DNA from: Octopus bimaculoides
Lineage: Eukaryota
NCBI RefSeq assembly: GCF_001194135.2
Contig: NC_068990.1
Location: forward strand, 55,832,843 to 55,896,842
Direction: 5' to 3'
DNA length: 64,000 nucleotides
In this document: piece by piece, positions 52,110-64,000 of the stretch
Numbering within the stretch: the first letter of the stretch is position 1
Layout: the number at the start of each line of letters is the position of its first letter
The notes under the pieces: generated by a model
What the model was told of the DNA's origin: nothing
Seen by the model: the letters and a program-made list of their open reading frames with translations, nothing else
The model's database searches: none
Made by a program: the position numbers and the translations under genes

Positions 52110-52560
52110 TGCGTTATAAAACTGAAAAGACGATCACACGTCCGGTTGGCCAGTTTAATATTAAGTTTTTCGAAAACTTGTTGTATACATTTCTTCCATC
52201 TAAAGGTAGATCAAAGATATATCTTTATATCACCTAAAGGGAAATCAAAGAATATACCCACCGAGAAATAGCTGAAGCCATGTTCATAAATTTAGAATCC
52301 TCCGACTTCAACAAACAAGTTGCCGGAAGTTGAATGCCGCCTTCAATTTTACAACACGCATGGACGCGTAAAAGATTTGAAGTCGTAACACCAACTAACC
52401 CATCCAGCGAATATGAACACTGTTTTATCACTGTGCACGTTATATTTGTTTTTAATATGAAACGTTTTGAATAAATCCTTGAAAACGACTGTACGACAAC
52501 ACACGAAAATGTCGGATAGAACTTGCCTTTGGTACTATAATTATTTTTCTATGCTTTTAA
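52110..52560 (+). mobile_element. Penelope-like 3' relic (family H2): GIY-YIG-like C-terminus, 3' repeat and hammerhead-like motif
   Basis: REIAEAMFINLESSDFNKQVAGS* resembles PLE endonuclease ends (RE..EA..I....P.LNKQ); ATCC-TTGAAAA...GAAA-AT-GTC-GGAT at 52475-52517. Confidence 0.55.
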
Positions 52561-52929
52561 ATATGAAGAAAACTATATGAGTTTTGAAGAAAACCTTTAG
52601 CATTAGTCAGTCGGCCGATAGTTTTCATTTCACTTCTACAAATACACATGCACATATTTATTCGTTCATATCTATACATTTGTGCATGCATGTGTGAATG
52701 TATATATATGCATGTGAGTATGTTGAGATTAAGTTTGTATGTGTATGTACATGTACGCGTTTAATGATTAAAGCAAGAACGAAGAATGCGTTTTAACGCA
52801 AAGGAATGTGTAAGCAGAAAGGGAGAACAAAGGAAATGTAATGATGTCTAACATACGCCTAAGGCCGCAAATTCATGGGCGGCGGCGGCGGCGGCGGTGG
52901 TAGTGGTGGTGGTGGTGGTGGTGAAGGAA

Positions 52930-53095
52930 GGGATTAGTCGATCAAATCGATCCTATATTTGAGTGATACATTATTTTATGGATGCTGGATGGATGAAAAA
53001 CAAAGTTGATCTCAGCAGAATTTGAACTCAGAACCATAAAGAGCCGAAACAGGCAATTCAAGGCATTTTGCCTGATGCTCTAACGATTCAGCTAT
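52930..53095 (-). mobile_element. Degenerate SINE family A
   Basis: caaagttgatctcagcagaatttgaactcagaa...gcattttgcctgatgctctaacgattc. Confidence 0.75.
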
Positions 53096-53567
53096 CTCAC
53101 TCTTCTGACGTACAAAAATATAACACGTGTAATACTATTGAGAATCTCATCTTTAACCCCAGTGTCCCCTTTACATCTGTTTAGAACTGCATCAGTGTGC
53201 ACGCACATACATCCCAATACACACACACATACACACACACACACACACATATATANNNNNNNNNNNNNNNNNNNNNNNNNNNNNNNNNNNNNNNNNNNNN
53301 NNNNNNNNNNNNNNNNNNNNNNNNNNNNNNNNNNNNNNNNNNNNNNNNNNNNNNNNNNNNNNNNNNNNNNNNNNNNNNNNNNNNNNNNNNNNNNNNNNNN
53401 NNNNNNNNNNNNNNNNNNNNNNNNNNNNNNNNNNNNNNNNNNNNNNNNNNNNNNNNNNNNNNNNNNNNNNNNNNNNNNNNNNNNNATATATATATAACTC
53501 TCAGCATTATAACTACACACGTGCTGTTGGTGATTTTTTTCTTTCTTTTTTGAACTTTTCCCTTATT

Positions 53568-53640
53568 CCTTTCCGACGAAGAGCTATACTCAAAACGTCA
53601 AAAACTCCCTCTTTTTACTGAGCGGCAAACTAATGCGGAT
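53568..53640 (+). ncRNA. Degenerate hammerhead-like motif, third H1-related copy
   Basis: CCTTT-CCGACGA-A-GAG(CTATA)CTC-AAAA-C-GTC-AAAAA, then ctgagcggcaaactaatgc matching the H1 downstream block. Confidence 0.5.
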
Positions 53641-54064
53641 TTAATCCCAGTAAGTACCAAATTCTAGTTATTTTACGCAGAGGGTCTTTATATTCTCAAG
53701 GCAAAATAGTTGATTGACCGACCAAACAAGACTACGCTGCCGCTCTAGATTTTAGAAAATCTCTCTAAAATTCTACCATATGGGTTTAAAAACTGAATTA
53801 TTAGGTAACGTGGTCCTCAAAGCCACGCCCTGCACACAGAAAAAGTCTGGATGGCCTAAGCTGGAACGCCTTACATCAAAACGTTACCGATCACTTCTGA
53901 CTCGGAGCTAATCGATAAGAAATTCCAGTCGAAACCATTTCTCTTCATTTGAGCTGCGATGTTACTGGTATCTTTGGGAAAGGCATAAATGCCACAATGC
54001 AACATTCATTACCGTACGTTAATATACAGTTATTTTTCGCTATTAACAAGAATCGCAGTACACT

Positions 54065-54367
54065 CACGTGCGCGCACACACACAAAACAGAACACAACAC
54101 GTGCACATAGTTCAGATCGAGATGAAGATTAAATCCTTGTCAGAAGCAGTTTCACAATACTTCCGCTGCTGACACTTTTCGGCAAAAGTATGAACGTCAC
54201 GGCATCACATCATGTACCTATATAAGGAAATAATCCCGATGCATTCTTACAGTCGTTTTGCCCTTTATCCAAGCACGATCTTGTAGTGACATCTTTGATC
54301 CGGTTTTAATACCTGCCAGTTGAATCGGTTTCCTTAGTGTTTCATGTCAGGTATTCGTTGGGTAAGC
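54065..54367 (+). promoter_or_regulatory. Candidate TATA core promoter with a short first exon
   Basis: CACGTG at 54065 and 54098, ACTTCCG at 54159, ACGTCA at 54194, TATATAA at 54219-25, Inr-like ACAGTC about 30 bp downstream, donors cag|gtattc (54351) and gg|gtaagc (54362). Motif coincidence only. Confidence 0.3.
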
Positions 54368-55338
54368 CATGAATTTCACAACATCACATGGTTATTTGTT
54401 TGACTGTTACCATTTCCCCACCACCCCAATCCTAAAAAAATCTCGTGTTTCATGCGTAATAAATAGTTATGCCCCTTAGCTTAAACGCTTATACTAAAAT
54501 GCGTAGATACCATTTTACTGGATATAGAAATAATATATTAAATATCTCTTTCTATGAAATAAAAATAAAAAAAATAAAAAATAAAGAAATAAAAAATACT
54601 AAGCAGCAGCAGCAGCAGCAGCAAGTCCAGAAAAATGATAGAAAAGATAGAAGTAAATCGATGGAATAGTATTTGGAAATGGTACAGACTGAAGGATAAG
54701 CAATATTGCTTTTAAATAGAATTCTTTGTACTACTATCTCTTGATCTTTAACATTTCCATCGGTTGGAATATATTTAAAGTGTCTAATGTTTAAAAATGT
54801 ATCTTATTGGTTTGTAGTGCTGATAGTTGTGGTGGTGGAGAATGCACATTGTATCCTGTGGCTCTGCTACCTAATTTTCTGTTTTGATGGATAAATTATT
54901 AAGAGAAGCCGTTTTCATGGCTCTCGTACGTCTAAAGAATCATAATTTCGTAAAAAAAAAAAAAAAAAATGAAATAGAATAAAATAAAATAAAGTAAACA
55001 AGCAAAACAATAAAATAAAAGTAATAGTACTTTTGCTTATTTCTGCCGCCATCACCGCCGCCATTATCGTCACTGTCGCTTCTGATGCTGCTGGTGATGC
55101 TATAACTACCATTATTGCTACACTAACTCCACTACTGCTGTCAATGATGTTATCCTCTTTGTGTTCTTTTGTTCTTGCCATGCCTCACAGTAAACACATT
55201 AAGCTGACCTGGAATGATGTTTCTGTTACGTATAACTGACGTGATGAAATTTATGCCTCCTCTCCATTTAGTGGGTAGCTTTATAATTTTCTCCCTTTAA
55301 TCGTTCGCTCTTTACATGAGTGCACTGACAGAGAGAGT

Positions 55339-55430
<92 letters not shown>

Positions 55431-55441
55431 GAGAGAGTGGA

Positions 55442-55477
<36 letters not shown>

Positions 55478-55586
55478 GTATACACACACACACATATACA
55501 CATATAAATCTATATATACATGTATGGATGTATGTGTCCATATATGTATATACATACATAAATATATATATGTATGTATATGTATG

Positions 55587-55621
<35 letters not shown>

Positions 55622-55865
55622 TTATACATATATATATATGTATATATATATATATTTATATAGATGTATATATATATATTTAAACACATACACACACATA
55701 TATGTATGTATATACATGAACAAATATATATATTCATACGTATGAATTAATGTATATATACAAACACTTATATACTTATATACGTGTATATATTTATATA
55801 TATTTATGCATATATACATACATATACATATGCATATATACACATATATACGCATAAACACATAT

Positions 55866-55930
<65 letters not shown>

Positions 55931-56659
55931 TATATACATACACGCGCGCACACACACACTCACATACATATACATATATATATATATATCTATAGATATA
56001 CACACTTCACACATACTTCTATATAGAAGAGAAGAAGAGGAGAACGAGGAGGAGGAGTTAGATTGTAGTGTTATTTCATTTTATTTTCCTTGCTAGTTTA
56101 CAGAGAGATAAAAACTGTTTTGGAAACAGCCATTAAAATGAATCTCGTTCACAAAATTGGCAATATTAGAATTGGAAGCAAGAACATTCGATCTGACTTT
56201 TGAAATGTTTATTAATTGAAGAAACATCCAGCTTTTAAACTAAGAATTCCATCTAAATCTTTAACAACGACGTATCTTCTCTTACTGGCACAAAACTCTA
56301 CTAATTTATCGAACATTTATCTGTTCTATACTCGTTACGCTTATATATAAGCAGGATTTAAAGAAGACTGCGCATGTTTCGGAGAAATCTACGAAAATCG
56401 TCATATTGTTCTTCTGTATCTTTTGTCTGTTATATGAAATTATCCCACTTGAAATGGTACACGAGTCACTGACATACAAATGAAGTATATTGCGGTAGGT
56501 TTAGATACTTTGGGATAATGCTCTCAAAGATATGGAAAAAATATTTCCTTCCAAACATAGTGGACATTACCAGATTTCGATTGAAGAAATCTCGAAGAAA
56601 CTTAGGAGATCTTTCGAGATATTTCAATTCAATCAGTAAACTTTTAATAATTTCTAATC

Positions 56660-57055
56660 CTTTATCCTTTTTTACTTGTTTCATTCATTAGACTGCAGCT
56701 ATGCTGGGGCACCGCCTAGAAGAATTTTTAGGCGAATGAATCGACCCTAATACTTAATTTGTTTTTATAAAATCTGGTACATAATTTATCAGTCTCTTTT
56801 GCCGAACCGTTAGCGGTGTTGAGGGACAAACACAGACATAAAGACACACACACACACGCATACATATGTGTATATCTATCTATCTATCTATCTATACGAC
56901 GGGCTTCTTTCAATTTCCGTCAACCAAATCTACTCATAAAACATTTTTCGGCCCGAGGCTATAATAGAAAACACTTGCCGAAGGTGCCACACAGCGGGGA
57001 CTGAACCCAGAACCATATGGTTGGTAAGCATGTTTCTTACCACACATCCACGTCT
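56660..57055 (-). mobile_element. Full-length SINE family B
   Basis: Collinear with 24175-24578; internal (CA)/(TCTA) tract. Confidence 0.85.
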
Positions 57056-57390
57056 GATACATTAAAAAAAAAAAATTACTTCAGATATGTGGTTTTTATC
57101 TCCGTCAATTATAAAACACTATCAATGACTCGTTTCATTGTTTCTCATTCTGAAATGTCAGAAGACTGACTCTTCTTTAACATACAAAGTGTAAGGACAG
57201 GGGAAGAGTTGTTGTGTAATTCCTGTCAAACTCTCTAGCATGGCTTCACACTATAAGCTTAAATACAGATCTGTGGGTCTTGCTATATAAAATACTTTGA
57301 AGATGATTGCTGGGCTTCTCTCATGATGCGGTGCATTGTGAGAAGCTTCAGTTTAGCACATAAACATACATCACACACACACACACACAC

Positions 57391-57446
<56 letters not shown>

Positions 57447-57908
57447 GCATACATTCATAAATATGTATGATGCAAGCATATATGTGTGTGTTTGTGTTGC
57501 GTGTGTGTATTTATGTATTTAAGTAATGCTGTCACAACGACACATTGCGGAGTTCAAAAGCTATTTGTGCTAAGCTGTAAACTTCATTAACCATTTTGAT
57601 TAGAGCCTGGTAGTGTTACCACAATCCTTTTTTCCTTAGTGGTTTGTTTAGATCTTTTAAGGTCCATTTACATCCCTCTTTTTTGTTTTTGTTTTGTTTT
57701 TCTGCAAACTTCATCGTGTCTCTCATTAACCACACATCCGCAAACATAACTAATACATTACACGTTGTTAGAAGGGAAAATTAATTGCTATTTATTTATT
57801 TATTTATTTATTTATTTATATCGCAATTTGTGAACAATAGCGCCATTAATTAAAGGTTTCCAGTGCCTCAATTACTCGTTCACTGTATTACTGACAATGA
57901 AAGTAACC

Positions 57909-58200
57909 GGCATTTTGTCAGTTACGACGACGAGGGTTCCAGTCGATCCGCTCAGTGAAACAGTCTGCTTGTGAAGTTAACGTGCAAGTGGCTGGGCACT
58001 CCACAGACACGCGTACACTTAATATAGTTCTCAGGGAGATTCAGCGTGACACAAAGTGTGACAAAGCTGGCCCCTTTGAAATACAGGTACTACTCATTTT
58101 TGCCAACTGACGGAACTGGAGTAACGACGTGAAATAAAGTGTTTTGCTCACGGACACACACGACGCCAGGAATCGAACTCACGACCTCGCGATTGCAAAT
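57909..58200 (-). mobile_element. SINE family C
   Basis: Collinear with 59232-59548. Confidence 0.85.
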
Positions 58201-59231
58201 GTGACTGGATGCAATGAGATCGCGTAGCTTTACATTAATCTAAAATGAGACAGTAATGGTGAAAAAGTTTTTGAGCACACGTCTGTTATGTCAGGACTGA
58301 TCTTTTGACTAAAGAATAAAACCAAAAAAGAAAGAAAAAATCCATATTTCCGAAATATAAAACACTTTTTAACTACATGACCAATTTTTTTAAAGTGGAA
58401 CATTGTCAAATGAATCTAGACAGTAAATCTTATAAACCTCATTCGGGCGAACATCAAAAAAGAATCTGATAAAAATTTGAACTAGAAATTTCACCTAAAG
58501 GGCTAAATTGTTTTATTTGGTTTCAGTGATCAGACCCTGTTAAATTCTTAGTCAAACACTTGTTGAATATTGATTTCAATTTTTGACACAAGGCCAGCAA
58601 CCTAGGGGGATAAGTCGATTACATAAATCCCAGTGTACAACTGGTACTTGTTTTACCAACCCCAGAAGGATAAAAAGCAAAGTCTTGGGCTTATGCGATG
58701 TTTACCGATAGAAAAACACAACAAAACAAAACAAAATAAAAACAGTTTAGATACATTAGTATCTAATAAAATGGATTGTATAAGATAGAGACAGTATAGT
58801 TAGAATAAACTACAAACAGAAACTAGCATAAGTTTATCAAATAAAATAGTATAGTTACAAATAGAATATCTGATATAGTTCTACTAATGGTATAGCTGCA
58901 ATAGGACACCAATGGTATATAACTGGCGTAAGTTTATCAATAATATAACTGGAATAATTTACTTATAGAATATCTAATACGTGTTAGTAGAATGGCTGAT
59001 ACAAGTTAGTAACAAGTAACTGCTACAGGATTTTTCTTTATTGTTTAGTGAGAGGAGAACGGGTAGCACACTTAATAGATCTTCAAGGTCTGAAAGATTG
59101 ATTGTGGAAAGATGTTAACCTCAGACCTGGAGACTTTATTTGATTGTTTCCAACAGAGTGGACTCCATTAATGACACCTAAAGAACAGATGATGTTAAAC
59201 TGGGCGATGGATAAAATTTAGTAATAATAAT

Positions 59232-59548
59232 TGGCACTCCGTCAGTTACGATGACGAGGGTTCCAGCTGATCCGATCAACGGAACAGCCTGCTCGAGAAA
59301 TTAACGTGAAGGTAGCTGAGCAATCCACAAGCATGTATACCCTTAACGTAGTTCTCGGGGAGATTTAGTGTGACACAGAATGTGACAAGGTTGACCCTCT
59401 GAAATACAGGTTCTACTCATTTTTGCCGGTTGAGTGGACTGGAAACGTGAAATAAAGAGTCTTGTTCACGGAAAGAACACACTGCCGGAAACCGAACTCA
59501 CGACCTTGCGATCGCGAGCCGAATACCCTAACCGCTAAGCTACATGCC
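59232..59548 (-). mobile_element. Full-length SINE family C
   Basis: Reverse complement ggcatgtagcttagcggttagggtattcggctcgcgatcgcaaggtcgtgagttcgg...ggaaccctcgtcatcgtaactgacggagtgcca. Confidence 0.9.
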
Positions 59549-60664
59549 TTTAATTACTAACAGTGGAGTGCATATAGGATACCAATCTACTAATAATGTA
59601 TCTTAGTAGAAGTTAGCAAGAGCACAGATGGCATACTTTATCAATAAAAGATCTGGCGTGCGCTACTAGTGTTAAGAGAACAGTTAAAGTCTGAATCAGA
59701 AATACTCACATCTCCATCCGCCATACTTATTTTTTCCTTACCTGTCAGGTAGACATCCGTAGCATAAGTCGGAGAATCTAGTTCAGACATTCAGTAGTTT
59801 TTCGTGATATTTTAACATGTAATAAATTGGTCTATGACATTATATTATAGCAACATCGTTATTATTCCAAACCAATTTTGGCTGCGTTGAAGCCATTGAA
59901 TTTGGTATTATAATGTCTTATTTTATAGTATTTCAATGTCAGTGCTTTCTTTTTTTTTTTGTTTTGTTTTTCTTCTCTCTTCCATAAATTTATGTGAATA
60001 GTTCGAAGAGTAGAAGACCTTAATAAACTAAGACTGATCTGATCAGATTTATTTAATGCAGAAAAATTATGAAAAATGTTGAAACGAAATTATTTGGACG
60101 TATTTTGCTTTCAGGCAGATGCATATAACACAAAAGTAGCAGTTTTAGTTTACAGAATGAGGAAAAAATTGAATAAGGAGCATCTAAAACTGAATATGAC
60201 ATAACTATTTATTGTTGTTGTACAAAACCTGCATGATAACAAGTATTGAATAAAGCCTGTTGCTTGGTTTTAGAATTGGATCAATGAATCTTTATAATAT
60301 CACAAAAGGTGTCTCTTGCAGAATGAAATGACATAAAAACAAAATAGTGCGACTAAATTTCTTTTTAACAGCGAGAAGAATACATTTTAAAAAGACAATG
60401 TGAATAGCAGTGTAGCTTATAAGATAGATACCAGTTGTTATTCCAGGCATAACGTATCTAGGAACATATTCGCTAATACGTCCGTTGCTTTTCATAGAAG
60501 TATAAACAAAGAAAGAATTTTGTTGCTATATTTAGAAGGTAGAGCCACAATGCATTTAAATATCTGTTAATAAAATAACTAGTGGCTTCTATGATGTCCA
60601 GTTATTTTATTTACTGATTTTGATATATTCGTAAATAGATTGCAATATTTCTTTCTCATAGTCA

Positions 60665-60916
60665 CAGGCGTGGTGTAACGTAGCTATGTGATAAGAAGTT
60701 TACTTCTCAGCCACAAGGTTCTGAGTTCAGTCCCACTGCGTGCCTATATACTACTTTGAGCAAGAGTCTTCCACTACAGCACCGTCCGCCCAAAGCCTTG
60801 TGAGTAGATGTGGTTGACAGAAACCGAAAGTCCGTCGTGTATGTGTGTGTGTGTATATTATATACATATATATATATATATATACACACGCACGCGCACA
60901 CACACACACACACACG

Positions 60917-60961
<45 letters not shown>

Positions 60962-61190
60962 ATGTATCTTTGTGTGTGTCTTTGTGTTTGTGTTTCTCCC
61001 ACCAGCGCTTGACAGCCGGTGTTGGTTTGTTTATGTCCTAACTTAGCGGTTCAGTTAAAAGTTACTGACAGAATAAGTGCCCAATCTTACTTTTAAAAAA
61101 AAGGCCTGGGTCAATTTTCCGGCTAAACCATTCGAGGTGGTGCCCCAGCATGGCTACATTTCTAACAAACTGAAACAAGTAAAAGGAAAA
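60665..61190 (+). mobile_element. Full-length SINE family B with expanded internal (TG)/(TA)/(CA) tract
   Basis: Head, aaagtccgtcg junction, microsatellite and ctgaaacaagtaaaag tail. Confidence 0.85.
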
Positions 61191-61329
61191 AGATTAATTG
61201 ATAATGGATTCTCTCGTCGCTCCGACGAATGACAGCCCGCTGTTCTTAGTTAAGTGTTTTATGAACTGACTTATGAAGAAAGTTTGATGGTGTTGGTGTT
61301 GATATCTTGGTTTGGTGAACAACCTGGAC

Positions 61330-61600
61330 GATGAAAATTATCATACTGGGCATGATTTGTGCAGAATTATTCTCACTCTCACGTCCTTCAAACTTCTGTT
61401 GGTCTGGTGCAATAAACTCTGAGAACCCAGTATTATCAGCGAGTATGGAGCTATTTGTATGGAGTTATCTTCTCTTATATGAGTAACTAAAAAGCAGAAG
61501 GGCCTCAACTGACCTAAGTCCCATCGAGCTGTCTGTGAGTGAACTTCTCAGGAAGACAATTCCGTGGCATGCTAATTAACCAGGTGCAACTACTGCGGGT
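61330..61600 (+). pseudogene. Possible Tc1-like transposase relic
   Basis: STDLSPIELSVSELLRK (61505-61555) resembles SPDL.PIE..W.EL.R; the rest is heavily decayed. Confidence 0.4.
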
Positions 61601-61962
61601 CGGGGTAGAGTTGGGAACAATAGTGGTCGAGAAGCAGATCCGGATTAGGACATCACTACCGAATACAAATTAAGGCAAAACCTACTAAAACGCAAGTCAA
61701 ATATTACAGCGATTATACATTTCGAAAGCAAAAAACTGGAGCAGAAATATATTGACCTTGTTGGAAGCAAGAGCAAGTAAGGGAAAAAATCACCCCCCAC
61801 CCAGTAAAATTTTAATTGAGAACATGAAAAGACGTAAAATATATGACTAAAAGCATTTGATAATTTTGGATGGATGGTACTTGTTAACACACACACAGGC
61901 ACACACACATAAAGAAGTATGCTTAACACAAGGTATTCTTAATATTGTTAGTTCCATATATA

Positions 61963-62213
61963 NNNNNNNNNNNNNNNNNNNNNNNNNNNNNNNNNNNNNN
62001 NNNNNNNNNNNNNNNNNNNNNNNNNNNNNNNNNNNNNNNNNNNNNNNNNNNNNNNNNNNNNNNNNNNNNNNNNNNNNNNNNNNNNNNNNNNNNNNNNNNN
62101 NNNNNNNNNNNNNNNNNNNNNNNNNNNNNNNNNNNNNNNNNNNNNNNNNNNNNNNNNNNNNNNNNNNNNNNNNNNNNNNNNNNNNNNNNNNNNNNNNNNN
62201 NNNNNNNNNNNNN

Positions 62214-62250
<37 letters not shown>

Positions 62251-62390
62251 GTATACATGTATACATATAGGCATACATATATACATATCTGTATGTATGT
62301 GCGTATGTGTATATGAATATATATACATATATGTATATGTATGTATAGACATTTACACACAAACACGCACACACACACACAAACACACAT

Positions 62391-62452
<62 letters not shown>

Positions 62453-63161
62453 NNNNNNNNNNNNNNNNNNNNNNNNNNNNNNNNNNNNNNNNNNNNNNNN
62501 NNNNNNNNNNNNNNNNNNNNNNNNNNNNNNNNNNNNNNNNNNNNNNNNNNNNNNNNNNNNNNNNNNNNNNNNNNNNNNNNNNNNNNNNNNNNNNNNNNNN
62601 NNNNNNNNNNNNNNNNNNNNNNNNNNNNNNNNNNNNNNNNNNNNNNNNNNNNNNNNNNNNNNNNNNNNNNNNNNNNNNNNNNNNNNNNNNNNNNNNNNNN
62701 NNNNNNNNNNNNNNNNNNNNNNNNNNNNNNNNNNNNNNNNNNNNNNNNNNNNNNNNNNNNNNNNNNNNNNNNNNNNNNNNNNNNNNNNNNNNNNNNNNNN
62801 NNNNNNNNNNNNNNNNNNNNNNNNNNNNNNNNNNNNNNNNNNNNNNNNNNNNNNNNNNNNNNNNNNNNNNNNNNNNNNNNNNNNNNNNNNNNNNNNNNNN
62901 NNNNNNNNNNNNNNNNNNNNNNNNNNNNNNNNNNNNNNNNNNNNNNNNNNNNNNNNNNNNNNNNNNNNNNNNNNNNNNNNNNNNNNNNNNNNNNNNNNNN
63001 NNNNNNNNNNNNNNNNNNNNNNNNNNNNNNNNNNNNNNNNNNNNNNNNNNNNNNNNNNNNNNNNNNNNNNNNNNNNNNNNNNNNNNNNNNNNNNNNNNNN
63101 NNNNNNNNNNNNNNNNNNNNNNNNNNNNNNNNNNNNNNNNNNNNNNNNNNNNNNNNNNNNN
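61963..63161. other. Assembly gaps flanked by (TA)n/(CA)n (example of about 25 such gaps)
   Basis: Most N-runs in the window begin or end in a simple repeat, as expected for short-read scaffolds. Confidence 0.95.
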
Positions 63162-63206
<45 letters not shown>

Positions 63207-63949
63207 CATACAAATATATATATATATATGTATATATATACATATAAATATTTACTTATATATATAGATAACATTTTATATGTACTATATATTCTCATAT
63301 ATATAAAAATTATACATATATGTCTGATATGCCTTATATATCCTATATATCGTATATTTATTTTATAATTATGTATATGATATATATATTATATAACCAC
63401 ATATGTAATATATTTCCTGTTACATATGTTATAATATATTATATTGTCTATATATTATGTAATATATTTGTATATAAATATATATGTATCATATATATTT
63501 CATATATGTATTTTGTATATGCACAGACACATAAATCAGTATTTACATTTGTAAATATATATTTGTATGTTTATATAAATGCGTGTATGTGTGTTGTGCA
63601 TACTAAGCACACATATTAATCAGTTCTATTTAATACAGAAACATACTCCACCACACGTACATATATTAAATTGAGATATTTGGTCGATATCTGATGAGGT
63701 GTTGCGCATACCTGCGCCCATTATGTGTGTGTGTATGTGTTTTGTGTTTCTTTCGCCCGTAAGTTCTTTTACCGTCCCTCTGTGCCACCTTTTTCATTAC
63801 ATATATAGGCGTATGAACATATATTTCTATATATATCGTCATACATTTATATATATATATATATATATATATTACATATATTTATGTATTATATGTCCGT
63901 ATGTATATATTATGCACATACAGAACTCTCTATATGTATATTTGCATGC

Positions 63950-64000
<51 letters not shown>

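Noticed and set aside
63689-63720. CTGATGA followed by stem GGTG/TACC
   Set aside because: Followed by TGCG rather than GAAA; no cleavage-site context.

Overview
AT-rich, gap-ridden eukaryotic draft-genome window that looks intronic or intergenic. The SINE families and the very high microsatellite density resemble octopus (coleoid cephalopod) DNA; this is inferred from recognition, not a database search. I found no host protein-coding exon I can support, and nearly all ORFs in the supplied track are translations of microsatellites or N-gaps. Contents: (i) many tRNA-headed SINEs of several modular families (my labels A-E); (ii) decayed LINEs (R4/Dong-like RLE element, CR1-group APE-RT fragment, Rex3/RTE-like 3' tail); (iii) DNA-transposon derivatives (two Tc1/mariner deletion derivatives in TA repeats, hAT and pogo-type MITEs); (iv) Penelope-like (PLE) relics. 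The most interesting signal is a set of type I hammerhead-ribozyme-like motifs with palindromic stem III at about 6.2, 11.2, 42.6, 52.5 and 53.6 kb, one directly downstream of a GIY-YIG-like remnant. PLE hammerheads are a known class and no copy here has a fully canonical core, so any novelty would lie in the family variants. Also notable: a 194-bp near-perfect palindrome, closely spaced inverted SINE pairs (possible dsRNA/ADAR substrates) and a candidate TATA promoter at about 54.2 kb.
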